The notes beneath the pieces were generated by a model. That model worked only from the letters and a program-made list of their open reading frames with translations, searched no databases and was not told the origin of the DNA. A stretch of 64,000 bases of DNA from Welwitschia mirabilis (lineage: Eukaryota): NCBI GenBank assembly GCA_051453625.1, contig JBOZIK010000001.1, positions 18,135,247-18,199,246 on the forward strand, written 5' to 3'. The position numbers were made by a program, and so were the translations under genes. How positions within the stretch are numbered: the first letter of the stretch is position 1; every line of letters starts with the position of its first letter. Positions 13,813 to 26,881 of the stretch are shown one piece after another.

Positions 13813-15769
13813 TGATAAGATCTAGAATCCTAGAAGGAGGGAGGTGTATAGGTTATTTTAGAAAAAAATTCAATACAATAATCTAAATAAATCCAAACTA
13901 AAATAAAAACTTTCATACAAAAATGTACTAATCTAAAATGTATAAAATATAAAAAAATAATGTAAGTAAATAAATAAAAACTGAAAGCACAAAAATACTA
14001 ATTTGATGCAAGCCAGATTTATAGTGATTCAGGAAACCCCCTACTCCACTCTTGACGATCAGCTTATCCCTAAGCTAGATCTCAGATCTTTGTTACTCCA
14101 CTAGATATTCTAGGTTTACTTGCAACCTTTACAAATGGAATTTTCTAGGCTTAGTTTCAACCTTTAGAATGGACTTTTCAAGGTTTAATCTCAACCTATA
14201 AAATGGACTTTTTAAGGGTTAGTCTCAACCTTTAGAACAGACTTTTCAAGGCTTAGCCTTAACCTTTCACAAAGTAAGGTAGTACTAGTGATGTCTTTAG
14301 AGCATGGATATTACTTGTTCATGATTTAGNNNNNNNNNNTGATTCGATCTTGAAGATAAAGAGGATGCCAATAGTTGAAATTCTTTTGTCAGAAATATAG
14401 ATGCCAAGATGCAATAGTAAAAGTCACCATAAATACAATGCTTGATCCTTCAGATCCAATAGATTTGTCTAAATGAAAATAGTTCAAAAAAAATTCTTTA
14501 GTCATCTATGTTTTAGCTATTTATATTGAAAGGCTTCTAGGGTTTATTACATTTGAAATGCACTTTTAATGGCTATAAAATGGCTACGTAATGGCTACAC
14601 AATGAATACATAATGTTTAGAAAAATTTTACTTCCGTTCCGTCTAGCCGACTCCACAAAAATCTGGTTGACCCTATGTGGTGCCGTGAATTACATAGATT
14701 GCTTGAGTAAAAAATTTAATTGCCCCAATTTCTTATGGCTCCTTGTTCAGTTGACTCCATCTGGGTCTAGTCGACCGCAGTTCAGTCACTTGCTACTTTA
14801 TCCAATNNNNNNNNNNNNNNNNNNNNNNNNNNNNNNNNNNNNNNNNNNNNNNNNNNNNNNNNNNNNNNNNNNNNNNNNNNNNNNNNNNNNNNNNNNNNNN
14901 NNNNNNAAAAAAAACTAACCTTTTATCATATATGTCTTAGCTATTTATATTAGAAGGCTTTTAGGATTTATTACATTTGAAATATACCTCAAATGGTTAT
15001 AAACAGCTAGAAAATAACTATCTAACAACTACATAATAGATATATAATGTTTAGAAAAATTCACTTTCTATTTTTTTTAGTCGACCCCACAAAAATTCAA
15101 TTGACCCCATATGGTATCATGATTTATACAAGTCACCCAAGTAAGAAATTTGGTCATCCCAATTTCTTATGGCTTCCTATCCAGTCAATTTCATTTGGGT
15201 CTAATCAACCTTAGTTCAGTTACCTGCTATTTATTTGGTCATCTGCTCCTCTGATAAAATTTCCTTCTAGTTTCCTGCATTGAATTAGTCGACCCCTTTA
15301 GGTGTCTAGTCAATACCATGAGAATCGGCTTAGGTGTACGAGTTACATAGTGCTCAAGTCTAGTCGACTCCATTTTAGGTCTGATTAACCCCTTGTTATT
15401 AACCAAGGATATTATTTATTAGGTCTTCAACTCTCATCAACCTCATAAAGGTCTAATTGATCTCTTTCCATTTAGTTTAGGAACAATGATTCTTGAGGTT
15501 ATAAGTTTAATTAACCCCATCAAAAATCTAGTTGATCCATTTAGATGTAGTTCATTTTCTATCTGCTTCAGGTGCAGTTGACCTTTTGAAAATCTGGTTA
15601 ACTCCATCTTGAGGATAAATAATCTAATAGGTTTCTAGAGCTCAGAAGTTTACAATTTTAGTTTTATCTTTCAAACTGTAAGTAATTGAACATCTTCTAC
15701 ACAAGATACACAAAATTTGCTATATAGAAAATATTAGTTTGACATCAATTAATAAAACATAATATAACA
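13813..15769 (-). repeat. Internal shared LTR block of array A (probably two LTR copies joined across a 100-N gap)
   Basis: PBS on one side and PPT (AAAGGGAAAGAT) on the other. Segment 14490-14806 recurs, diverged, at 14907-15235. Confidence 0.8.
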
Positions 15770-16369
15770 ATCTTTCCCTTTGACATTAATGGTAAATAAT
15801 ACTTAGTTGTAAAAAATTATAACTCTTAGAAATGATCTACCTTACAAAATGCCTATTTGCAAAGTAATATTCTATTTGAAATAATTGAAAGCATTTTGAA
15901 CAAACCAATTTTGTGCTCTAAATGAAATAATTTAATATGTATATTTGAGAATTTAAAAAGCATAACTTTATGATAAACATAATGTAATAATGTAACTTAT
16001 TTAACATTGAATCAAATTTCACAATTTTTAGTTTATTTTCAATGTTAAAAGACTTTAAAACTTTTCAAGTTAAGTAGATATGATACCAAAAGAAAATATA
16101 TTTAACATGTATGATGTTGAAAGGTATAAATAGATTTAAGATATCAAATGAAATAAGATTTTATGCTAAAATAGATAAGTGCATTTTATTAGATATAAGC
16201 AAACATTACAAGATCAACATACAAGCATTACAAAATAGAAGTACTCATTAAGAGCATACAACTAAAATCATATAAATGACATTTAACTACACAACTAATT
16301 CTCCCCCTTTTGACATCAATGACAAAGGAGAGAATACAAAACACAATTTAAAAAATTTTAATTAAACTC

Positions 16370-17401
16370 CTCCTCCTCTTCTTCTTCTTCTTTTTTAGAG
16401 TCTTCCTCTGATTCTTCTTTATTACCTCCTGTGCAAGATGAACTAGTGGCCTCTACTGAGGTATTAGTAATATCATATCCAGTTGCAATGAGTGCTTCCT
16501 TCATATGATTGGTACAAGAGTTAATCTATCTCAGATATGAGAGGGTCTCATTAGGAGAGGATTCCTTTAGAGAAGGATAATTTGAAGATTTTTTAGAAGG
16601 GGAAAAACATGCATGCAGGATAAGGTCACATGCCTAATAAGTGCCATAGGCTGGAATCTCTCCAGTTTGGGATGAAAGATAACAAGGAAATGATAGCAAA
16701 TACTTGTGATAAGCATAAAGTAGGGTAAATTCTAGTTCTATGATACTCTAACTATAAGACCATGTTATTCAATATTATGGCAAGAGAATCAATAGAATGC
16801 TTAGTCCCTACTAAATACATTAGACATGCTCGATAGCAGAAGGCCTCATCATGATGGCCAGCCAAGGGTAAGAAGTTATAGGTAAAAATTAAGTGAAAAA
16901 GCATTATTTTAGAATTAACAAAGAAGTAGACAAAGTATGCTTCAAACTGTGCATCTTGCCACAAGTCTCCCTAGTAACTGCAGGCTTATCTTCTATGATA
17001 TTCTAAAGAGGCCAAAACTCTTTATAATTACCACATGGAAGGTTAGTCACCTATGAAATAAGATTAGCTATCATTCTTATCCACTTTCCCAAAACAATGG
17101 CTTTAAAGATTCTAGTTTTATGGTTAAAATATGCATTATAGTAAAATATTCTTGTAAGGAAAGGATAATTAGAACTAGAGACATCGAAAAAGTGATCAAG
17201 ATCCTAATCTTTTAGGAATTGGATAACTTGTTTGAGCTCTCTGAGCTCTAAAGTAGCTATAGATCACTCCTAGTACACTACTTTATTCTCAAAATTTTTA
17301 GAAAACTTATTAGTATACTCCTCTAACATTCCTTGGTAGAAGATAGCTGGATCCCTGAAAGGAGCCTCCTTTACTCTTCTCCTAAATGAAATTTTAGCCA
17401 T
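16370..17401 (-). pseudogene. env-like ORF, second copy
   Basis: Colinear with 10190-11234; ATG at 17401. Confidence 0.7.
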
Positions 17402-17791
17402 TTTAGGACTTTGCAAGCAAAAGGACTAAGAGAAAAACACTAAAACTGGAAGCAAAGCTCTGGATCTTGAAGAAAAAGGCACTAGATTTAAGAGCTAAAG
17501 AGGGCTAGAACACAATGAAATTAATTTAAAGTCCTCTTTCTTTTATAGGTTATGCGAAATAAGGAAAAATGAAGAAAGAAATTAAGTCCACTGATGGTAC
17601 TTCCGTACTGTAATCCATCAGGACTGATTAACCACTCAAGGTTATAAAGACCTGTCAAAATGCAAGTATATAGTACTAGAAGGAGTCCATGNNNNNNNNN
17701 NNNNNNNNNNNNNNNNNNNNNNNNNNNNNNNNNNNNNNNNNNNNNNNNNNNNNNNNNNNNNNNNNNNNNNNNNNNNNNNNNNNNNNNNNNN

Positions 17792-18308
17792 AAATTAAGT
17801 GAAAAAAGTGGTATTTTTGAGTTAACAAATAAGTAGACAAAGTGTGCTTCCAAATATTCATCTTACCATAAATCTTCCTAGTAACTGCAGGCTTATCTTT
17901 CATGGTTTCTCGAAGAGGCTAAAATTCTTCATAATTACCACTTGGAAGGTTAGTCAGCTCTTAAATAAGATTGGCTATTACTCTTATCTACTTCCCCAAA
18001 ATGAGGGTTTCAAGGGTTCTGGTATCATGATCAAAAGAAGCATTACAGTAAAACATTCTAGTTAAAAAATAATAAGTAGGACCAGAGACATTCAAAAAGT
18101 GATTAACATCCTAATCTCTTAGGAGTTGAATAACTTCCTTGAGTTTTGTGAGCTCTAAAGTAGCCACAAATCAACCCTGAAATACTACTTTCTTTTCAAA
18201 CTTCTCTATGAACTTTTCAAAAAACTCCTCTAATATTTCTTAGTAGAAGATATCTAAATCCCTTAAAGGATCCTCCTGTACTCTTCTCTTGGATAAACTC
18301 TCATCCAT
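17792..18308 (-). pseudogene. env-like ORF, third copy (5' part, runs into gap)
   Basis: Diverged repeat of 16885-17401; ATG at 18308. Confidence 0.65.
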
Positions 18309-18729
18309 TTTAGGACTTTGCAAGTAAAGAAAAAAAGAGAAAAATACTAGATCTGAAATCAAATCTTTGGATCTTAAAGAAAAAGCACTAGATCTAAGAG
18401 TTGGAGAGGGCTAGAACATAATGAAATCGATTTAGGATCCTCTTTCTTTTATAGACTATGTAAAATAAGGCAAAATGAAGAAATAAATTAGGTTCACCAA
18501 TAGTACTTCTGCACTATGATCCATTAAGTCTAATCAGCTGCTCAAAGTTCCAGTCGACTCATCGAGACATGGATCTATAGTACTAAAAGGGATCTGCACA
18601 ACTGATCTTTCAGGGTAGTCGACCAATCATTTTCGGTTGACCAGATCTATGATTCATTTGACCACCCTACAATCATTCAAGGAATAGTGACTAAATCTTT
18701 AAATCATTTATATGATTGACAATTAAGTT

Positions 18730-20816
18730 ACAGACACAGGGTGTTACATTAGATTTCTCTAGAAAATGTTTAGTTTCAGCAAGATTTAGACTAACATCAT
18801 AGTTTGCATGAAATAACTGATTGATTAATTTTGTATCTATTCTATAAATATTATCCACTCATTTTGTAGAAAATATAGAAACATTTGTTTTCTCATTTAT
18901 AACTTTGCATTTTGATTTTTCAAAAAGTACTTTGTAACCTTTGTCATATAATTGACTTACATAATAAATTATGTTTTAATCCATTTATATAAAACACATC
19001 AACAAGTTTAGACAACTTACCTTCCTTGATGCATCCTGTACCTTCTACTTTACCTTTTTGTTGTTTTCAAAAATGAATTCTCCTCCATTTGTACTCTTTA
19101 TGTATTGAAAGCTTTATTTTTCTCCTAACATATACCTTAAGCAACCACTGTCTAGATACTAACTGTTTGTACTTGTTCCTTTGATAACTATTTATGTTAG
19201 AAAACTTTGAAGATTATTAGCTCTAACCCACTTAGTCTTATTAGACTTATATGGTATACTTTTTTTAGGAATAAATTTAAAAGATAAAGTATTTGCCATT
19301 TTAGAAAAAAGTATTGATTGTCTAATCTTGTAGAATAACTTTATATAATCAAATTTATCAAAAAAATTACATGAAAGTCTAGAAGCATACTTTTTCAGTT
19401 TACCTATTCTTAAGATTTTTGTAAACTAAGTCCAATACCTGATTTGTCTCCAGTAGGATTTTGCACTCTAAGCATCTATTCCAATTTAGAAGAGCTACTA
19501 GAAAATTTATTTACAAAAAAAAGAAAGCTTTTTCACCTAAGAAATTAGGTTGATGTTATTAGATTTTAGCACATTATATTTTTCTTCCAATTCCTGCTTT
19601 TCTTTGGTGATAGTCTTCATTGTCTTGTTTAATTCATTTATCCTCTTAGCTAGCTTTTCATACTCCTCATACAACTCCTAGCATATATCTTTTAACTCAT
19701 CCTTTTCTTCATTGATCATATCATAATTATCGAGCATCAATTTCCCAAGAACATATTTAAGTAATGGCACAAAAGAAATAAAGGACAACCTTCTATCTCT
19801 ATTTGATTCTTGATCTGAGTAGGTTTTATTATCATCATCATTGTCATTGTCTCATGTAGCAATTAATGAGGGATTCTTTGATTTTTTATTATCTCTCCTT
19901 GTGTTAAGGCACTCATTTTTCATATAATCAAATCCTTTGCATGAGTAGGATTGGATATTTTTACCATTTTCTTATCCTTTATATGTTTCAAATAACTTCT
20001 TTTTGTATTTCTACTTAATTATCTTTCCTTTTTCTTCCTATGAAGAAATTTTCTAAATCTTTTGGCTAGAAGAGCCACTTCATCATCATCCAAGTCCTTA
20101 TATGATCTATCAGATCTATCTTCTTGCACACATTTTAAAGCTATACCTTTCTTATTAATCTTTAATAAATTTAAGCTCATATATTTCCAAATTACCTTAA
20201 AGTTCTTTTAGTGCCATTGCATTAATGTTCTTGCTCTCTTTGATGGCTGTAACGTTCAGGTTGAATCTTTTGGATAGGGATTTCAAGACTTTCCTGATCA
20301 CTTTTCTTTCCTCCATGCATTCTTCAAGACTTATCATTAAGTTTATAATATCAATAAGTCTAGTAAAAAATTTCTACAATGTCTCTTCTTCATTCATATG
20401 GATATGTTTAAATTTTGAAATAAGCATCTAAAGTTTTGCTTATTTTACAATTGAGGTTCCTTTGTGTGCTACTTTGAAAATATCCCAAGCTTCTTTATCA
20501 TGGTTACAGTTTACTATGCATTTAAATTCATCTATACATACTGCACAAAATATGGCATTTAGAGCATAGGCATCTATGGTGATTTTTGACTTGTTAGCGA
20601 TGGTCCATTTGTCTTGGGCTTTGAAAACTAGGATAGTGTTGCCATTTAAATTAGTTTGATTAACATAAGCATAGTGTAACCTTTGTAGATAACTTTCTCT
20701 ATGTCAGCATCTACGAATCTAAAAAATATTTTCATCCTAACTTTTAAATAAGCATAGTTTGATCCATTAAACATAGGTAGATGATCAGTGCAAAAACCAT
20801 TAAATGGATTACTCAT
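18730..20816 (-). pseudogene. gag: Copia gag-protease, truncated at the same point as A1
   Basis: MSNPFNGFCTDHLPMFNGSNYAY start and YLDSGCLR protease motif; colinear with 11660-13747. Confidence 0.9.
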
Positions 20817-20867
20817 TTTAGGTTTCTAAGATCAAGATTAATTAAAATCTGAAGAAGACTCAACTTA

Positions 20868-20879
20868 GCTCTGGTACCA
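20868..20879 (-). promoter_or_regulatory. PBS (tRNA-iMet)
   Basis: TGGTACCAGAGC, 2 nt after the LTR end ...CCTATCA. Confidence 0.85.
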
Positions 20880-20881
20880 AA

Positions 20882-23018
20882 TGATAGGATTAAGAACCCT
20901 AAAGGGGGATATGAATAGGTTCTTTAAAAATTCAATACAATATCTAAAACAAAACTTGCATTAAAAAAACTAATCTATAATGTGCATAATATGATAAAAT
21001 GATAAAAGTAAAGAAATAAAAACTGAAAGCACAAAAATACCAATTTGATACAAGCCAAATTTATAGTAATTCTGGAAATCTCCTACTCCACTCTCAATGA
21101 TCAGCTTATCCCTAATCTAGATCTTAGATCTTCATTATTTCATTAGGTATTCTAAGTTTATCTATAAGTTTTACAAATGAACTTTTCTAGGCTTAGTATC
21201 AACCTCTAGAATGGATGTTTCAAGGCTTAGTCTTAAGCTTTAGCATGGACTTTTCAAAGGCTTAGTCTCAACCTTTCATAAAACAAGGTAGTGATGTAAT
21301 AATGCTTTTAAGCACGGGTATCATGCATTCTTGAATTAGTAAATCTGATGGAGCTCTCCTCTTATAGAATTAAAATAATTGAAGCTCTTTTCCAACCTTG
21401 AATGTAGAGAGGATGCTAATAGTAGATCTCCTTCGGTTAAAAATATAGATGTCAACATACAAAAATGAAAGTCACCCAAATACAGTGTTTAATCTTTCAG
21501 ATCCAATAGATTTTTTAAAATAAAAGTAGTTCNNNNNNNNNNNNNNNNNNNNNNNNNNNNNNNNNNNNNNNNNNNNNNNNNNNNNNNNNNNNNNNNNNNN
21601 NNNNNNNNNNNNNNNNNNNNNNNNNNNNNNNNNNNNNNNNNNNNNNNNNNNNNNNNNNNNNNNNNNNNNNNNNNNNNNNNNNNNNNNNNNNNNNNNNNNN
21701 NNNNNNNNNNNNNNNNNNNNNNNNNNNNNNNNNNNNNNNNNNNNNNNNNNNNNNNNNNNNNNNNNNNNNNNNNNNNNNNNNNNNNNNNNNNNNNNNNNNN
21801 NNNNNNNNNNNNNNNNNNNNNNNNNNNNNNNNNNNNNNNNNNNNNNNNNNNNNNNNNNNNNNNNNNNNNNNNNNNNNNNNNNNNNNNNNNNNNNNNNNNN
21901 NNNNNNNNNNNNNNNNNNNNNNNNNNNNNNNNNNNNNNNNNNNNNNNNNNNNNNNNNNNNNNNNNNNNNNNNNNNNNNNNNNNNNNNNNNNNNNNNNNNN
22001 NNNNNNNNNNNNNNNNNNNNNNNNNNNNNNNNNNNNNNNNNNNNNNNNNNNNNNNNNNNNNNNNNNNNNNNNNNNNNNNNNNNNNNNNNNNNNNNNNNNN
22101 NNNNNNNNNNNNNNNNNNNNNNNNNNNNNNNNNNNNNNNNNNNNNNNNNNNNNNNNNNNNNNNNNNNNNNNNNNNNNNNNNNNNNNNNNNNNNNNNNNNN
22201 NNNNNNNNNNNNNNNNNNNNNNNNNNNNNNNNNNNNNNNNNNNNNNNNNNNNNNNNNNNNNNNNNNNNNNNNNNNNNNNNNNNNNNNNNNNNNNNNNNNN
22301 NNNNATGACTATAAATGGCTAAAAAATGTATACATAATGGATACATAACGTTTAAAAAAAATTACTTTGCATTCTGTTCGGTTAACCTTATATGGTATTA
22401 TGAGTTATACATGTTGTCTGAGTAAGAAATCCGGTTGCTCTAATTTTTACAGCTCCCTATCTAATCAACTCCATCTGGGTCTAGTAGATCCCAGTCTGGT
22501 TGCCTGCTATTCATCCATCTGTCCACTTATTTGATAAAATTTCTTTCTAGTTTTTCACAGTGGATTCCATGACAATCAACTCAGGCATACCAGTTGCACA
22601 GTGCTTAGGTCCGGTCAACTCCATCTTAGGTCCAGTAAACCCCTTATCATTCAGTCTAGGGATACTGTTAAGTTTTCAAATCTAATCGACCTCATAAAGG
22701 TTCGATCGATCCCTTTCCATTCAGTTTAGGGACACTGGTTCTTAAGGTTATAGGTCCAATCGATTCCATCAAAAATCTAGTTGACCATTCTAGATGCAGC
22801 TCATTTTTTATCTGCTTTAGGTTTGGTTAATCCTTTAAAAATCTAGTCGAACCCATCTTGAGGATAAATAAATTAATAAGTTTCTAAAGCTTAGAAATAA
22901 ATAATTTTAGTTTTATCTTTTAACCTATAAATAATTCAACATCTTCTGTACAAGATACACAAAATTTGCTATATATAAAACATTAGTTTGACATTAATTG
23001 GCAAAACATAATCTAACA
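20882..23018 (-). repeat. 5' LTR of array A (contains an N gap)
   Basis: TGATAGGAT...ATCTAACA termini; homologous to 8043-9584. Confidence 0.88.
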
Positions 23019-23256
23019 AAAGGAATCACAAGAACTAGAGGATAGCCCCTTTCAACCTTTTGTGGAAGAGGAAGGCACCTAACAACCTCTAAATAATGAT
23101 AAACCTAATGAAGTAGAAACCAAATGAAGGGAAGTCCTAATAATAAAACTCTCTAAGAAGGGAAAACGACAGAGAACATTGCAAATACTTCCTAAGCCAC
23201 CATTGAAGATACTATAAGAAAAGATCAAGCACCCAAAAAAAAGTAAAAACACCTCT

Positions 23257-26200
23257 AATAAATTATCTCATATGGAATTACAGGGGATTAGGGTCCTCCT
23301 ACAAGAAAAAAAACCTATAAAATATGATCAATTAATTTAATATCGATTTAGTTTACTTACATGAAATGAAGATAAAAAATGATATGAAAAAAATAATTTT
23401 AAGATAGCAATGGAATTTCCTTAATGTTACAGCCTAAGGCAACTCTGGTGGACTCATAATATCTACCAAAAGAGATGCAGATCTGATTCATAGCAGTAAG
23501 AACCATATCACAATTCTTCTAATAAAAGAGATTTAGACTGTTACAAATCTTTATAATCCCCAAAATAATTAGGACAAGGCTTCTATCTTGGACTGAATCA
23601 AGAGGTTAGTAATAGACAAATCCAAATGGCTTATCCTAGATGATTTTGATTAATGTCTTCATCACTAAGAAAAATCAAGAGGTAAATAACTAGAATTTCA
23701 GAGGTTCATCAATACTAAAAGACTTTTTGGCAAGAAACTCTCTCATAGATGTCCCTATTGATGAGTGCAAGTATACTTGGTCAAATAGAAGAGTGAGTAA
23801 AGATCTAATTATGTCTAAGATTGATAAAGTTCTAGCTGGGAAGAATCTAGCTAAACTTCCATTTAAAGCTTGTGGTTTAAATAGGATTACTTCAGATCAC
23901 CATCTTATCAAACTTAGAGTGGGGGCAAATTTTTCCCAGAAAACTCTATTTCATATGAAATGATATTGGATTAATTAGACTAAAACTAGAATGTTAATGA
24001 AAAAAATAAGAACATGGTATAATGGAACTTAATTCATAATGTTTCTATATAAGGGCCTAAGTACCCTAAAGACCTATGTAATAGATTGGAGAAGCAAAGA
24101 TAAAGAGAAGTTTGAATCAAAAACTAAGCTTAAAAAGAAACTCAAAAGAATTCAAACTGAGTAGGAGAAGAGAGGTGATCAGAAGAGCCTACGGAACAGA
24201 GAATACCAATGTCTAATGAATCTCTAAGAAATAAATAATGATGAAAAAACTACTAGATAGAATGCTCAAGGATCGAATGACTAAAAGAGAGTAATAAACA
24301 TACCAAATTATTATTTTAATAGGCTAACTAGCATAGATCAGATAACAGGACTAGAAGATTATCCATTAGAGGTCAAACTATAGATAATGAAGAGGATATA
24401 GCTAAGGAATTGCAGGCCCATCTTAAGAAAATCTTGAAATGGGATGATATAGCCCTAGTCCTTATTCTTGAAAATAAGAAAATCTCAAGTGAAGATAACT
24501 TTATGTGATCTAAACCTCTGAGTAAAAAGAAGGATTTATTTATCATCAAATTCATGAAGAGTAATCGAGCCCCTATCCCTAATGAATGACCAGTTAAACT
24601 TTTTAAATCTCACTTATTTATTTTAGAAAATAAAATTTATGATATGATGTAGGGAGTCTTTTAGAATAAGTGGATTCCCAAGGAAATAAATATAATTAGA
24701 ATGGTTGTTATATCAAAAAAAAAGGTGGGATGCTAGCAAACCAAAATATTTTAAGCTTCTAGGTATTTGTAATGTTATTTACAAAATCCTTGCGAAAATC
24801 ATGATTAGCTGTATTACCCTTCTTCTTTCTAATGTAATTTTAGAGAACCAAGTTGGCTTCATCTAATCTAGGTATATTCAAGATCAAATCCTTTTGACTT
24901 ATGAGATCGTTGACTCTATCAAAAAATATAGATTTCTTCTTCTTATTGCTAAATTGGATATCACTAAAGCTTTTGATTTGGTTAGTTAGCAAGCATTAGA
25001 CTATATCCTTAGGAAAATAGATTTTTCTCAAGATTATATTAACCTCTGGCTAGACATGTAGGCTTCAACTAAATTTAGTATGGAGGTTAATAATCATAGA
25101 TCAAACTTTTTTAGTAGGCAGAGGATTAAGACAAGGGAACCCCCTATTTTCATACCTTTTTCTATTTGTAATGAATGTGTTATAGGTTTTCTTAAAAAGA
25201 AATGGAGTTATAAAAATCACAATTAGAGGTCAAACCTTTATCAATAATCACTATACAGATGATACTCTCATTGTGATCAGGGCTTCATGTCAATAAGTAA
25301 AAGTAATTAAAAATTCTGTGAACATCTTTACAATGGCAACAGGTCTTCATACCAACTAGAATAAATCAAGAATCCATACTTTATGTAGAAAAAGTATCAG
25401 AGGGGGTGAAATCACTTGAATCCTGAGCAAAAAATTAGGAGATGTATAGGATATATACCTAGGTATTTCTTTTCGAAATTGACACAAGACCTTTACCTAG
25501 AATTACATCTTGAAATCCATCCAAAAGTGGTATAACTTATGACAAAATAACTTTCTCTCATCCAAAGCTAAAATTATTCTCACAAACTCTTGCTTAGTTT
25601 CCTCTTTTCATTACATATCTTTTATTGTTGCTTTCCTAGAGAAATATCATCTAAAAAATTAATAGGATCTTAAAAGAATTTATTTGGTCAAGACGAAAGG
25701 ATCACCATCAAATTCATCTCTATAAATGGGAGACTACTATGCACTCAAGAGAATCAAGATGGTGGGGGATTCAAACAAAAAAGAATTACATCCTCATTAG
25801 AGCTCATAGAAGTTTAAAAAGACTGCAAGAAGGAGGTTATTCCTAGTGTGATTTAATCAACTACAAATACAAATATTAGATCACTAATCATGGGGATTCC
25901 TACTTAAGGAAACACCTCAGTAAAACTCGATAACAACTTATTAACTTAAACATCTATTAGTTTGATTCAACTAAGTAAATCCTTTTAAATAAATATGGGA
26001 AAAATAACTCATACAATAAATATTGAAAAGGTCAAATTCTAGAAAAAATTAAGGTCTTTTATTAGTTAAAAGACTATAATAGAATCTCAACTAGAGACCA
26101 ATTACTTAAGAGGGGATTCTAAGTGGATACAAACTATCCCATCAACTAGTCAAATTTAGAAACAACATAGTATCTATTTCATCATTGCATTTGGAGCAAA

Positions 26201-26880
26201 GAATTAATCTTCATTATGAAGAATTACTATCAAACCTGTAATGCCCCTAACATGTATTTATTAAATGGATTTCACTTGATATTTTGGTAGATTTAGAGGA
26301 TAAAAAATGATCTTATTTTCAATAACATCTTTCTACCCTTTTTTGTAAATACAGTAAGGAGGATCAAGTACCTACATTTTTAAATCATACTTACTATGGA
26401 AGCCATGACAATAATTGATCCTTCTGATCCTAGCCTCTTAGAAGGCTTTGCTACCCTATGGAAAAAAGTGTAGGCAATGGGATGGAAACCCCTTCTACAC
26501 AAGCTTAGAGGATACTAGAAGGTTGATATCACCCTATGTTATAGATAATAAAGAGGAGGACACACCATGTTTATAAGAATTCCTATAACAATTCCTAAAG
26601 ACTCCTTCTCTAGGCTACTGGAAATCCCTGTAGAAGGAAAACATATTTTGTTTGGAAGCAGAGGAAAAAAATAAATACTTCACTTCTTCCCTAATGGGAT
26701 TCTTAAATTGCCAAGAGGGCACATCAGAAAAAATATGTTACTGCCCCCTAGAGACTAGGCATAGATCTTTTGAACTACTACTTCATTTAATCGGGGAATT
26801 GCTCCAAACTTTTAGATATTTATTTTGCTTTTCTTAAAAATCTTGACTTAGGACATTAGGTAAACCTATCATTTTTTTTA
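23257..26880 (+). pseudogene. L1 ORF2 (AP endonuclease, reverse transcriptase, Cys-rich zf-RVT, possible RNase H-like start)
   Basis: WNYRGLG, YTWSNRR..SKIDKVL..SDHHLI, ICNVIYKILAK, NQVGFI, KLDITKAFD (24951), GLRQGNP (25123), HYTDD (25249), YLGI, LFHHCIWSK (~26175) and WKP..KVD (~26483). The 3' end is uncertain. Confidence 0.9.
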
Positions 26881-26881
26881 T

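Larger units (their letters stand above)
8043..23018 (-). mobile_element. Tandem array (A) of non-autonomous SIRE/Sirevirus-type Ty1/copia elements sharing LTRs
   Basis: Three LTR blocks, two PBS-Met sites, C-rich TATTCAC(T)CCCCCTCTAG signal near the LTR end, GTCGAC palindromic repeats, extra upstream PPT (AAAGGGGGAG at 16301-16310) and env-like ORFs. Outer flanks are AAAGA and AAAGG (4/5 TSD). Confidence 0.88.

Noticed and set aside
16885-18600. env duplication as a pure assembly overlap
   Set aside because: The two copies differ at many positions, unlike a read-overlap duplication; better explained by separate units.
21489-22346. Long track ORFs spanning N runs (also 55859-56730, 59975-60781, 14613-14918, 17521-17903)
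   Set aside because: Artefacts of assembly gaps translated as X.
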